Shown here piece by piece: positions 1-14,044 of a DNA stretch of 64,000 bases. Position 1 is the stretch's first letter; every line of letters begins with the position of its first letter. The notes below the pieces were generated by a model. The model was given only the letters and a program-made list of their open reading frames with translations, was not told the DNA's origin and ran no database searches. Source of the DNA: Tubiluchus corallicola (lineage: Eukaryota > Animalia > Priapulida); contig JAQGDQ010000290.1 of the NCBI GenBank assembly GCA_030141605.1, positions 186,001-250,000 on the forward strand, written 5' to 3'. A program made the position numbers and the translations under genes.

Positions 1-671
1 TTTGTTTTGTAAGCAGAGGCACATGCCATAGGGCAAAGGAGACCAAGTGTGTCGGTGTTCTGTGTGCGTCGGCAGGATGTTTCTCGTGATCATAGTTAAC
101 AACACTGAGAAGCCACTTGTGAGTAGAAAAAGCCATCGTCCTGTCGTTTTTAAAGCGATTTTAAAACAGCTGTGCTAAATAGAAACGTTTCCTTAATGTA
201 ATACAAACCAAGATTGCGCAAACTGCTTCAATTATCCAAAATAATAAAAGTTACATTACTCACACTTTGTTACGTTCGAGCAAAATACTCTTCCATTCAA
301 GAATGACTAAGAAAAATAATAACAAACGATTTTCCTTTCAAGATACAAGTAAAACACCATCTTGCTGAATCAATTAACATTAGTTATACTAAATGCACCT
401 GTAATGTTTTACCAAGACGCCCATTTACCACGATCTAGGCGCAAATAAAACGTTGCGGTGTTTGACTGGGTGGCTGTCTGCGAAGTTGCGAACTCAATCA
501 ATTCCTGTAAAGTTTACCAAACTCATGTTACATAAAAAAACCTGAAAGAGTTATTGGTATAATCATGCGAAACAAATAGCTGCTTAAATGGGACTCCCAG
601 AAAATTATTTTCACAGACAATTTAAACCTTTTCCCCCATGCCCCTTTCTTCCATCCCCCTTGTTCTGTATT

Positions 672-800
<129 letters not shown>

Positions 801-1109
801 TCCCCTCGCTCCCTCACACCCTATCTCTCTTTTTTCTGTTTCGTTTTTCCCTTTGCCCCATCTCTCTTTTGTTCTTTCTCTTTCTGCTCTCTTTTAGTTA
901 TCCAAACGATGCAATGTTTAAGTAATCACTGTTGTATTTTTAGTTCTTGTTCTCGAAAAAATATTTTGTTTTGAAACCTTCACTGCTACAATTTCATATT
1001 ATCGCTTTTAGCATAAAATTGCTTTACCAAGGTAACATGCATTGTGTATTTTCCTCTGCATATAATTACTTCAAATTTAACCGATTTTAATAGAACTTGA
1101 AATAAAGTT

Positions 1110-1195
1110 TAATAGTAATAATAATAATAATTACAATTATTACAATTATTATTATTATTATTATTATTATAATTATTATTATTATTATTATTATT

Positions 1196-1271
<76 letters not shown>

Positions 1272-1295
1272 TATTATTAATAATAATAATAATTT
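1110..1295. repeat. Compound (AAT)n/(ATT)n/(CAT)n microsatellite
   Basis: Visible trinucleotide runs. Confidence 0.95.
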
Positions 1296-1719
1296 ATTTA
1301 TATGTTTATTATAAAAAATTAAAAATAATGCTAAGACTTCACATAAGGCTTCACGAGCTAAATAGATTAAATTTTGTCAACATCTTGGAGTCCACGTGTT
1401 GCTCAATAAATTATGCTCTTTCCCAAGATTTTTTTTGCAGGTTCTTCTGTGACAGGCGGCAGGGCCATTCACCATTATCTTAGTGAACAAATAATTGTGA
1501 CAAATTTGTCTGTAACTTGGTACACTAACAAGGCGCGGTGAATTTACTCGTTTATTTCGGTGCGCTTATATGAGCGGTGTTTTTGTTATTTTAGCAAATG
1601 GAAGAAAATGGCAGTTTACATGAGTTTTTATGCAAATTGCGTTGTTATTTAAGTTTCTTAATTAGTATTTTACATTATCGCTTATATTTGTTAAAAAATT
1701 AATTTTGTTAATTTTTGCA

Positions 1720-4484
1720 ATGAAGTCTACAATCTACAAACTCGCTAACTCTTTCTTTGTAATGGGACTCGGTCTGTGTTTAGGCATTACGCTCAGTATC
1801 ATCGTGACTCCTTTTTTGGTAGATGATTGCTTAATTCCTTCAAAGTCTCTGTTGATGAAAGAAAACATTACTGATAAATTTGAGCCACGACAACTTAATG
1901 CAAATGAACGTGCTAAACGTGATCATGTTGAAGACAGAAAGCCACCAGTTCGCCCTCGCTTTGCGCGAGATGAACTCGGAATAAGAGAAAAACTATTTGT
2001 TGGTGTTCTTACTTCTCAAAATACAGTGGAAACTCTTGCATTTGCTATAAATAAAACAGTCGCACACCATGTTCCAAAAATCGTATTTTTTATGGAATCA
2101 CCCAGCCAGCCACATTTATCGAAGCAACTAACTATGGTTGCGTTTACCGATGATAGGCCTTTACTGAAGCCATTTCACATGTTTCGATATATTGGCGATC
2201 ACTATGGCAATGCTTACGACTGGTTTTTTATTTTTCAAGATAGCACATATGTACGGGGTGAAAGACTTTTAGATTTTGTTAACCATTTGAGCATAAGCCA
2301 AGACTTGTATTTAGGAAAACCAACAGATGATTTGCATGGAATTTATTGCAAACTTAGTGGTGGTTTTTTGCTGGGACAAGCAGTAATGGCAAAAGTCATC
2401 AGTGAATTAGAGTGGTGTACAAAGAATGCTTTCTCAGCAGAAGCAGATGATAATCTTGGAAGGTGTATCTTACACAGTACAAATATTCCTTGTTCTGAGT
2501 CTTGTGGTGTGAGTTATTTTACCTAAAAGTTAGACTTTATTTATTAATCACTTCATAATTTTTTTTCACTTTTGCAACTGACAAAATTGAGACCAATCTC
2601 TTTGTCTCACTTCATTCTTTCACTCGGCCTTTGATGGGTCCATCACATATGTATTACTGTGCAAACACTAGCAAAGTGAGAATATCTGTGTTGTCAATGA
2701 AATTTCTATGGAAAAATTGTTATTAGTCAAATTCGATGTTAGCCGAGTGGGGTTATCAAAACCAGACAACTTTGTAGAAGTCTGTTATGCGGATCATGCC
2801 TTGTAATTTAGGCCACATAGGCAGGACTGGATTATCCTATAGGCTAGTATAGGCTACAGCCTAGGGCCCCTCAAGCAAGCTTAGTGGACCCCATACTTTG
2901 CAATGCTGACTTAAAAAGGAGGCCTGGAAGTCTGAAACTCTGATTTTAAACTGGCTTCTCATCTGAGATAAAGGATCTCTGTTTGAAACAAAGGGTGCTT
3001 GTTTGAGGCTCTTTGAACCCTTTATTTGAAATATGGGACCCAAGCGATGCAAATGTCGTTAAAATATGTCGCAAGTAAAAATGTTCTAGATCAATGCGAG
3101 CAAATTAGAGGGTGGCTCCATCTGAAACGGCCCCATAATTTCATTAACATAGGGGCCCTGAAAGTTCATAATCAGGCCCCACACTTAGGCATATATATAT
3201 ATATGTGTGTGGAAAAAATTAGACAGCTGCTAAGAAACTACACAGAACATAATTTGTTTCAATAAATAACCACATCGGTGTAAACCGTAAAACAACACCA
3301 TTAACATAAAATAATAAAAATGCATCCTACGAGCTTTATATCCATTTGTAGCCATTAAACATAATTCTTGTGATGTGTGCATTCAAGAAATTCAACTTAA
3401 AAAATCTGTCAAATTGAGGTTATATTTGTTTGAGGGTATTTAAATGTAATTTAACTATTTTTTGGATGTAAACAACTGACACTGGTGGCTACTAAACAGC
3501 TGTGACATTTATGTTTCAGGACAAGACTCTTCACACTTACGAACTTACAGAAGATTTCAACTTTCAAAATGACATCAGTTCATTTAAGAATCGTGAAGAG
3601 TTTAATCAGTCGTTGACCTTTTACCCAGTGACAAACCCAGAAACTATTTACAGGCTTCACAGATACTTCAGTCAGCTGGACCTGGATTACACATACAGGT
3701 TGGTAACCTTTTCTTGTGAAACTTGTTTATCACAGTGTGTAGAAAAATGAGCTTTTAGCAGTCACAGAGTTTGCGGTTCTCCAGTCAAACAAATAATTGT
3801 CCTCTGTGTTTTAATTCTTAACTTTTAAAGTTCTAACATTTTATATGGAACGTTATGCTTGCGGTTTTATAATAATTATTTCTCTATGAATGTTATTTGT
3901 TGTGTGATTTTGTAATTTAACTGCTTATTTAAAAAGACTAGTTCCAAGCTTTTTTCGTGTAATTTTAAATGTTTCTGAGTTCATTATTAATTTATTATAT
4001 AAGTCAAATGATTCTTTTCACGCTGCTACAGGACAACGCTTACGGTAAGTTGCAGTAAGGTGTTTATTTTCAGTCTTCTGAAGACAATCTAAGTTTCTTA
4101 TTCTAAAATATGTCTTCTCAATCATATAGTATTGCAAACTGAATAAAATCTCTGGTAATTATAGATTAAAATTTTTCCTTTTTTTACACTTGCAAGCTGA
4201 AATTTAAAAACGTTTCAAGGTCTAAGTGTTGTCATGGGCTCATTTCAACAAGTTTTTGCTTGTATAGCCAAATTTTTGCTCATTACCTATCGTTTTACAC
4301 TTTACTTTTGATACTTACACAAGTGTAAACAACCCGGCGAACCCGCTATGATTAGACGTTAATTTATATGTCTTTTTATAGTTGTCTTTGTCTCCATATG
4401 GAAAAATTGGAGACATATGGAGACAAAGACAACTATAAAAAGACATATAGACAAAGACAACTATAAAAAGACATATATAAATCC

Positions 4485-4516
<32 letters not shown>

Positions 4517-7500
4517 GTTATTCAATATGGCATTTTTGTTGCAGTCTAATTGCTGAAATTCAGGCACAAATTGAGAACATTAGTCAGTATGCGCCAGGTG
4601 GGAAAGAAGCATTTCCATGGCCTGTTGGAGTCAGGGGTACATTGTTTTTAATAATTAATTAATAATAATTATTCATATTTCATCAAACATTTGTTCGTAT
4701 GCTCATATACTGAACGGAATACGGAACAATTGTTTAGACTCAATCTCATTTTAATATACTGTCCAAAATAGACATTTTCTTGCCTATAAGAGTTAGCAAT
4801 TGTTTCTTATATTTGAATAATTAGCTTAGAAAGTTAATTAAGGTAACTGAACACAGCTATTGCTTATGTCAGAAATTAACCACAGTTTGTGCAACGGTAG
4901 ACATCTTCCTTTGCGCGTCAAGCACGTTTGTGTAAGTGTTACTGTTTAAACGCATGATGTCTCGAAAATGGGCTCTACGTCATAAGACGTCAGAAACTAA
5001 CACTGAAGTTCATGGTGATGGTTATCACTGTAATGCCTTCTATTTGTTGGCCATGTGAATGTGCCAAAAGGCGCCACTGCCAATTTTGGTAGACTCACTG
5101 AGCCGCGCGTAGCTTTCAAAGTTTAATGAAATTTGAGTATCCAAGGTAATTATTATTTAATCTAAGCTTTGATTTAAAAAAAGCTATTGTAGTTTTCAAT
5201 ATTTTAGAGCATTCTTTATTCTGAACTCATGTTTACACAATCATCCGGTTTACCTTTAAGTAATTTGTGTCGTTATGTTTTTTTTGTTTTTTAGCATTTA
5301 TGTGTAACAGTGTCCTCATTTTAGCTATATGAAGATCTTACCAATTGGTAAATCTTAGGTAAAGACACTCACATACCCATCGTTTACTTTCCCGAAAATT
5401 CCTTATATTACTAACTAAGCATGCACTGCAATGAAAGTTACTGTGGCCACCATAGCAAAATCAGAGAGTATGGTAATTGGTGATAATGGTGTAGATTTGA
5501 TAATAATGTTGGACATTGAGACTTACATTGCCCACCTTAGTTTTTAACGTAGCAAAATCAGAGAGTATGGTAATTGGTGATAATGGTGTAGATTTGGTAA
5601 TAATGTTGGACAATGAGACTTACATTGTCCACCATAGTTTTTAACGTAGCAAAATCAGAGAGCATGGTAATTGGTGATAATGGTGTAGATTTGGTAATAA
5701 TGTTGGACATTGAGACTTACATTGTCCACCTTAGTTTTTAACGTACCAAAATCAGAGAGCATGGTAATTGGTGATAATGGTGTAGATTTGATAATAATGT
5801 TGGACAATGAGACTTACATTGTCCACCATAGTTTTTAACGTAGCAAAATCAGAGAGCATGGTAATTGGTGATAATGGTGTAGATTTGGTAATAATGTTGG
5901 ACATTGAGACTTACATTGTCCACCTTAGTTTTTAACGTACCAAAATCAGAGAGCATGGTAATTGGTGATAATGGTGTAGATTTGATAATAATGTTGGACA
6001 ATGAGACTTACATTGTCCACCATAGTTTTTAACGTAAAAGGAGAGAGCATGGTAAGTGGTGGTAATGGTGTAGATTTGGTAATAATGTTGGACATTGAGA
6101 CTTACATTGCCCTCCTTAGTTTTTAACGTAGCAAAATCAGAGAGCATGGTAATTGGTGACAATGGTGTAGATTTGGTAATAATGTTGGATAATGAGACTT
6201 ACATTGCCCACCTTAGTTCTTAACGTAGCAAAATCAGAGAGTATTTGGTAGTTGGTGATAAGGGGTGTTGATTTGGTAATAATATTTATATTCGTTATAA
6301 ACTATAGTAGTAATAATGATCTTTTGTAGCCATGCAAATAAAAATTGTTTGAGTTAAAGAAATTCACATAACCCTAGTGTAATTTGATTATTTGTTCACT
6401 GCATTAGATTCTTAAAGCCTGTGCTTGCTCATTTACCTTATAGGCACTGTGAAATTCAAGTGACTAACAACTTCCTTTCTGCTTTTTTATTTCCATCTTT
6501 GTTCGCTCACTACTTAAAAAACAGCATCCTATTGGTGGGCTGCAAGATCGAGATTATATACTGTTTTCCATAGTTACCTTGGATTCGTATTTTGTCAGGA
6601 CTGCGTAGCATAATGGATATGACAGCAAAGCATACCATGTGTTCTGGGGATTGCTGTTACGGTGTAGTGTGTCTTATTCTTTTGCTTTGATAATTTTGAA
6701 ATGCAAAGAATGTTTAGGAGAGACAACTTTAGAGAGATAACTTAAATGTAAAACCTGAGAGAGAAAACTTGTGATAAAACATTTAACAGAGGTATAGCAA
6801 GAGAGACAACTATGTGCAGAAAGCCTACTTATAGGCTTCGCCCTGTCGATCTACTTTAATCAATGGTAATTACACGGTAATTAGTTAACAAGAGTGATAG
6901 AACTTTGCAAGGCCTATCTTATGGGAGTTAGTTTAAAAGTCAACACAGTTCCTGTTAGTCCTGTTGTGAACTTTGGGAACAAATCTTATAGAAACAGATG
7001 TGAATGCTTCCCTTTTCTGCTAACGTTTTTTGTCCAAGTGGGATTCAATACAGTGAATAGTTGTAAAAGAGCTAATTTTATTTTCTGTGATTGTATTATA
7101 TTAATCGCTAGTTTAGCAATGATGTTTTTGCCATTTCAGAGCCCTGTAAGCCGCGCTCTAAATTTGATGTCATTCGTTACGAGTATTTCACTGAAACACA
7201 CATTTACTTCAAGAACGAGGACTCGAATGTCGAAGAACTCAATGCAATCGACAAAGAAGATGTCGACGAAGTGATCAAAACATCAACTGAGAAACTACTA
7301 GCAAAATATGGTATTTCTGTCATTTATACTAAGAATTTCTTACTTTTTAACAGCTATAATTTTGTATTAATGAATACCTGAATGTGCTTTGGCCAGCAGT
7401 CATAGTTTCTTATTGCGTCTCTACCAAACACTTAGCAACCATACGAAAGTGTGGTTGCTATGGATTTTACAAGAGCAGATTAAAGTTACATTTAAATCCA

Positions 7501-9841
7501 GTAGATGGCACTTTCTGACGAAGATTTGGACTTGTCAACAGAAAAAACTCAAAGCAAAATGGCTGCTTCCGTGAGCTACAATCGGAGTTTGAAAATACTA
7601 GTTTTTTTACAATTGCAGTTCTAGTTTCTAGATGAAAAAGTGGGTAAGGACTTATAAAATTAGATTTTTGGTATTTCTTTTTGAATATTTTCCTGATAAT
7701 TTGATGCTAGAATATAAAAGTCCAATATATTTGGTGCTACTTGTAACTATGCCGACTTATGGACGGTTTTGGTTTGCAAGCACACAAATGAGCCTCCACA
7801 GCCTGTGTAATGCATACAAAAAGCAGTTCTTTGTTCTGTTATTCTAGTGTAAAGTTGACATTTCATTTGTCCTATTCAGAACGCCAATAGGCGCACATAT
7901 ACGTAACATGACAACTTTGGAGTATTTTTTGAAATCATCATTAGAGACGATACCGTTTTGGCAGTTACTTGATGGTCTCTGTAGTTTTCGCAAGAAATGT
8001 AAAGCATAGGGGACCTCTGTCCTGAAGTTTTAGTAAAAGGGATGAGATACATTATTAAGTGCATCATCAGGAGTCAGATCCTGAGAATGTCGGTCTGATA
8101 AATCGTTATTAAGAAACATCTTAGCTTAGTTGTCAAAATGAGGGTCCAGTTTCCAAAGTTTATTCCTCTTTGTGGAATATCTCTTAATTTACTTTTATCA
8201 GTGTTGTGGAGATCGCTGGCATCTATTAGAATTACATGGAACATTGTAGAATGTTCCGTTGGAATGATCATCTTACCGTCTGGAATGTTCTGGAACAAAA
8301 CTTCTAGAATCTTCTCGGGCGCGCTATATAAGGCAAAGCAGGCCACTGAGATGGGAGCACACGGATTCACACGGACGCCTCTTACACATTCTCTTGTATA
8401 CTTACATTTTCAGATACACTCAAACATTTTCCAGATTTTCACATTTAGTGTAATCATTTTGTGTTCCTTCATACTTTTGTGTTGTAGAATTCTCGCTTAA
8501 TAAACTAGCTTAATTTGATGACGTATTTTCTGGCTTTCTCTACGAGCCTTCCGAGAGAAACAAAACACAACAATCAGAAGTGGTCTTTTTAAACCAAAAT
8601 GCAGCTATATTTTGTGCCGAATAAATTTCAATATGCTATGCCTCAAATTCTTCGTATTCTACGCTGGATTGTGTTTGGAAGTTCACAATGGGTGTCAGCG
8701 ACACTTGTGTGTCGATTTTTCATTGTTTTCATTGCCCTGGAAATGACGTAAATAGAGAAAAATAAGATTTAACAAATTTGCAAACGAATTACTAATCTGC
8801 GGTTATTATTGTTTAGGCAAAAGTTACGAATATCACAGATTGGTAAACGGCTATAGGCGATTTGATCCCACACGTGGTATGGAATACACATTAGACATTG
8901 CACTGAGAGATAAAGATACTGGACGCGAAATGCACAAACGTGTCCATCTAGTTAGACCGCTAGGTCACGTCGAAATAATACCTATGCCGTACGTTACTGA
9001 AAATGTCAGAGTGACCATTGTGCTGCCGGTCAACTATGGCGACCTTGAGTGGCTGCCAAAATTTCTTCACCTTTACGAAAAGACTTCTCTTCGGGAAGGC
9101 GACAACTCCGTACTGATGATCGTCTTTGTGTATTCATCCGACGAACCTACTTTCGGTATCCGCGATCCCTTTGCATCAATCAAAAGCGATATAAGCAAAC
9201 TAGAAGGCAATTATAAAGAGGGAGCTAAAATTGCTTGGGTGAATGCTCATTCAAAAAATCCCAGCATCTTTGCCGTTCTTGACATTGTGTCAAAGAAGTT
9301 CCCGCCAGAAGCTCTGTTTTTTCAAACTACTCCGCAGATAGAATTGAATTCAGTATTACTGAATAGGTGCAGAATGAACGCGATACTTCATTCGCAAGTG
9401 TTCTTTCCCATGGGATTCTACGAATACAAACCGAGCATTGTATATGGGCCGAATGCACCCATACCCGAATCACTTGAGATTAACAAAAACTATGGCCATT
9501 ATGATTCCAATTCATACGAACATGCGTGTTTTTATAACGGCGACTATACAGAAACTAGAAAACTTATCGCTAACGAAGTGCCGATCGTTACCGATGCTAA
9601 AAAGATGCCCGCAACAGACGGCAAGATTCCGTACGCGTTAGTAGAGATGTTTCTTAAGTCAAAACTGCACATATTTCGCGCAATTGAGCCTTCACTGAAG
9701 TCCAGATTTCGGATCATCACTTGTACGGGACCCATGGAAGAAGGGGCATACCAGCGGTGTATGAAACGCAGGTCAGAAGCTCTTGGCACGCGCTCACAAC
9801 TAGCTAAACTTTTACTACAAAATGAAGTAATCCAACCATAA
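1720..9841 (+). CDS. CHPF: Chondroitin polymerizing factor / chondroitin sulfate synthase 2-like glycosyltransferase, 5 coding exons, about 751 aa
   Basis: Exons 1720-2508, 3520-3698, 4545-4636, 7140-7310, 8817-9841. All junctions are GT-AG with matching phases (0,2,1,1); total 2256 nt. N-terminal TM anchor, RPRFARDELGIREKLFVGVLT, AINKTVAHH, WPVGV, NGYRRFDPTRGMEYTLD and LNRCRMNAI..QVFFP are CHPF/CHPF2-family motifs. Exon 4 is not in the ORF track (EPCKPRSKFDVIRYEYFTETH...). Confidence 0.92.
2822..3181. mobile_element. hAT-type MITE in CHPF intron 1; related copies at 10751-11131 and about 13090-13155
   Basis: caggactggattatcctataggctag ... cataatcaggcccca, with 8-bp TSD cacatagg/cacttagg. 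Same left end (cagggctggattaccctataggctag) at 10751. Confidence 0.7.
5454..6283. repeat. 97-bp tandem repeat, about 8.5 copies, CHPF intron 3
   Basis: agcaaaatcagagag...tttttaacgt recurs at 5454, 5551, 5648 and onward. Confidence 0.95.
7470..7785. repeat. Dispersed repeat, second copy at about 42509-43130
   Basis: Shared aagttaNatttaaatccagtagatggc...aagtccaatatattt and terminal acggttttggtttgcaagcaca. Confidence 0.8.
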
Positions 9842-11264
9842 CGACAGCTTAATTAGAATCTCTACATATGGCCTATATTTTATAAATTTTTATTACATAT
9901 TTTATGATAAACGGGGGTTTATTTAAATTGGGTTTTGTATATATTTGTGTTATTATTATTGCTATTACTATTACAAATGATTTTTTTTGATGAACAGCTA
10001 AATTTGTTTGCAAATTAAAAACAATTACAACACCAACGCTTTTCAGTTTGGCTTGGGTTTTACAATTGATCGCGTATTTCAGTAATACGATTTGTGCTGA
10101 AGATTTTGACTGAATACGGTCAATTGAAATTTAGTCATTATGTATTTTATTACGAGCTTAACAGACTGCAATGCATAATCCACAAGTTTAAACTGCTCAT
10201 TCAGTACTAGCCTGTTCTAACTTCTCTGCAGGGCATTAGCAAGGCAATGAGTCAGCTACAGCTGCTAGCAAAATAAAATAAATTAAGCACTAGCACTGTA
10301 GTGCCTTATTTGCCTCTTATTTCATTGTATGGCTTGAACAAATTAAAATGTGTTATTTCATCTTTTTTATTTTTACCTTTTCCTTTGCATAAAATCATGA
10401 TTAATAAACTAAATTGTATAAACAAAAGAAAATGCGTTGAAAAAATGTTACCAGATCTATGATTCGAACCTAGGACTTTTTACTGTACTGTCATTACACT
10501 TAATCCTGTGAATTAAACTGATTTAAATGGCATTGCTAAGTGAAACCTACTAATGTTTGCACCTGCCTAGTCTCCACAGTAACAAAGCATTACTCATGGT
10601 ATCCAGTGAACTCAGCAGCATGAAGTTAATTAATTAAAGGAATACTTTTTTACCCATTTTTAGTGTAGTCACTTAGCTGTGACTATTTAGCTTGCTGTCA
10701 AATGCTTTTTTTTTGTTTGTTGCTGTCAAACCGCCTCATGTTTGTGCGTGCAGGGCTGGATTACCCTATAGGCTAGGTGAGGCTGCTGTCTAGGGCCTCT
10801 TAAGCATGGGCCTTCAAACTTCGGTGACATTTGGTAAAAAATATGTTTTTTCACTACGGTTGCGTGCAAACAGGTGCTAATTTGGTTTGCACTAAATAGT
10901 GAAATTGTGACATTTTTTAACGAATATTTTTATCGACAAACAAAAGATAGCTATTCTGGTTTATTTAAAGAATTTGCAATAAGTTTACTTCAAGCTTTGC
11001 AAGAATTGCTAAAATATATCAGGAGTAAAAAATATTCAAGACAGGTGCAGGCGAGTTAGAGGTGACTCTGTCTGAGGGGTCCCAATAATTTCATTAGCCT
11101 AGATGCCTAAAAAGGTCATACACCGGCCCGTTGTATGCGCTCTGTTGTTTTGTACATGTAGTTTTTTAAATTTTTTTATCGAAATCATATTATCATTATT
11201 ATGCGAATTAATTACAAAGATTATTTATACTTGTATTTTATCAAATACTAAGCCAAATTTCGTC

Positions 11265-11722
11265 TATGTGTCGTGACTCCGTTGGAGTAATATGTTATTT
11301 TAATGACAAGCACATTGTTTCAAAGCCTATGTGTGGTGATGCCATTGGTGTAAAATGTTGTTTTAATGACAATCAAGCACATTGTTTCAAAGCCTATGTG
11401 TGGTGATGCCATTGGTGTAAAATGTTGTTTTAATGACAATCGAGCACATTGTTTCAAAGCCTATGTGTGGTTACGCCATTGATGTAAAATGTTGTTTTAA
11501 TGACAATCGAGCACATTGTTTCAAAGCCTATGTGTGGTGACGCCTTTGGTGTAAAATGTTGTTTTAATGACAATCAAGCACATTTTTTCAAAGCCCATGT
11601 GTGGTGACTCCATTGGTGTAAAATGTTGTTTTAATGACAATCAAGCACATTGTTTCAAAGCCTATGTGTGGTGACGCGTGTAAAATGTTGTTTTATTGAC
11701 ATTCAAGCAAATTGTTTCAAAT
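11265..11722. repeat. 67-bp tandem repeat, about 6.5 copies
   Basis: aagcacattgtttcaaagcctatgtgtgg...gttttaatgacaatc at 11308, 11375, 11442 and onward. Confidence 0.95.
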
Positions 11723-12149
11723 TACATTGACATTTGAAAGAAGCCTGTTAAACCTTACATGGAATTTAATATTGCTTTAGTGCACGTGTTATTAATTATG
11801 CACAATAAATCCTAATTAAGATAGCAGTCGTTATTAATTTTATTACTTTTATATTAAATTGCCTATAATATTCTAGCAATCGTAATTAATTTATGTATTG
11901 AGAATATTTTTCATAAAAAAACGTAATACAGGATATTCTTTTAGCTTGTTTTGATATCTGTTTGTCTTTTGTAAAAGTTCCGTGCGTCTGCAGTACCTCC
12001 TCTACTAAATACCAGACACTCAAATGCAAGGTACAATACACTGAATCACTTTTGCAATTGATCACTTCACAATAATTGACACTTGTTGAAATCTGAACTT
12101 ACTGAATTTCCTTTCTGTAGTTGAGTAGCCCTACAATAGTTTGATGCAC

Positions 12150-12320
12150 CCATTGCAAGGTTTACTCTCTCCGTCTTGATGTCTTTGGCATCCACTTTCA
12201 GTTCTTTACCTTCTCACATTTCAACACATGTTCTGTATAGTCTTTTTCCTTACAACATATAGGGCTATTGAGGTTATTGTTGTATTATTTTACAATAAAT
12301 GATGTCTTGGACTATTGTAT
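12150..12320 (-). mobile_element. LINE ORF2 C-terminal (zinc-knuckle) remnant
   Basis: Minus-strand translation SPICCKEKDYTEHVLKCEKV resembles the CCHC motif at the end of LINE ORF2; degraded. Confidence 0.45.
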
Positions 12321-12334
12321 TATTATTATTATTT

Positions 12335-12777
12335 CCTGTGGCGTGATGCCCACACTGTATCTCGACACTAGGCAGAGGAGCTGTACCAGCAGCCAACGGC
12401 TAGAGGGCAGAGGAGGTCAAGTGACCTAACAACCATGTGTAGAGGAGTGAACCTTCCAAATCAGGAGTGGAGCCCCGAAGGCAGACCAGTGCAGCATGCT
12501 CAGTGACTCCGGCAGCTCCTGCAGCCAACCTGAACGTATCGCTTCTGTTTCCTTTGGACTACACCAGGGAGGAAGAGGGGGGGGGGGGGGTTCCTGTTGT
12601 CTGGGCAACTCAGGATCTCCATACACCTTGCCCAGGCGTGCGCCCTGGAGACGTTCAAGGATCGGACTGCTCAGCCTCAGTCGACGCTGCAGCTCCATCA
12701 ATGTGACCAGTAACTGGCTCTCTTGGCGCACACTCCACTGTCTTCCGAAGACAGAAGGATGCCAACAACAACAACGA
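12335..12777 (+). mobile_element. 5'-truncated relative of the 5S-headed SINE, with 3' stem-loop and (CAA)n tail
   Basis: gatgcccacactgtatctcgacactagg...ccaaatcaggagtggagccc matches the 30.6 kb element body. It ends ctgtcttccgaagacag (hairpin) ...gccaacaacaacaac, with attattattattt on both sides. Confidence 0.7.
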
Positions 12778-14044
12778 TTATTATTATTTGATGCTCTTAG
12801 CAGAAATAAAACGTCACAGTTCACGAATATTTTTCTAGCAACCCTGACTTTAACATGTAAATAAGATAAGGGAGCTTCATAAAAGAAGAGACTTTCCAGA
12901 TTTCATCGCTAAGCCAAGCAGGTTTGAATTCGTATGATAACTGGTATTGAACCAACAAACAAAAGCTCCGACCGAAGAGTTTGTATCAGTTGTGTGCATT
13001 CATATCACGTCTCTTGAACCGTTTATACCAATCAGAATTATATTTCCTTTGTCAAATTCTGTTGACGACTATGGAAGTACGCTGCATTTAGGGGCGAATT
13101 ACCCAATAGGCTAACTAGGCTATAACCTAGGGCGCCAAAGTTTGCGGGGCGCCACATAATAGAAAAAAATTCTCATTTTCCTCGGAAAAGGTGTATACTT
13201 TCATATTCATGTAAAGGGCGCATTTTATAACACACCACAGGCAGTTACTGGTGTCAGCTTTTATATAAGTACCGCATAACGAATAGGTGCAAGATATTAC
13301 ACAACAAGCAGTTGCACAACCTGCTTGAATATAAGCACTATGCAAATACATGTAATTAGTAATGTCCACGTAGAACCTAGGTTAATGGGTGTCTAATACA
13401 CTACAAGTAATTTTTCGATCAGCTCATTACGTAAATGACCATAAATACACAATACAGAGGTCTTGATACACCCCTCACTGCATTTTATTTCATTTATTAA
13501 TATAACCAAATTATTAAATACTTAAAGAATTAGATATGCCTCAATAACAATTGTGCCTTGTACAATTAAACAAGGAATAGGCCTATGTACACGTAGAATG
13601 TAAATTAATGCATTGAGGTGGGGCGATATGCAAACGTTTCTCGTGAAACTACATTTACGTAAAAAGTTATTAATCATACTTGAAAAAATGGCTTTTTGTT
13701 AGGACGCCTTAATATCACACTCAGTGCTGGATTAAGACCCCAAGAGGCCCTAAGCATCGAAAAGATTATGGTATCCCATATGTGTGCAATTTAGAATAAA
13801 AACAATACAAATACAATGAAAAAACTTGCAGTAATATTTATTGACAATGAAAGCTAGTGCATCAGTTTTGCATTGCATAAAAAACTGATATTAGTTTAAA
13901 AATACAGAGGCGTAGAAAAAATACATGGGGACACATTATCGGTGCATCTCGTAATGAAATACAAGTTTACATAGTCACCATCATCGATAAAATACATGCA
14001 GTGAAAAGCAACATTATCCTGCTTTCAGTATCACCACATTTTTT

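Noticed and set aside
5454-6283. Regular repeats here and at 11.3, 21.4, 37.5 and 59.8 kb as CRISPR-like arrays
   Set aside because: Head-to-tail units without unique spacers, no cas genes, eukaryotic context.
8074-8500. Overlapping ORFs in CHPF intron 4
   Set aside because: No recognisable motifs; the CHPF model is complete without them.
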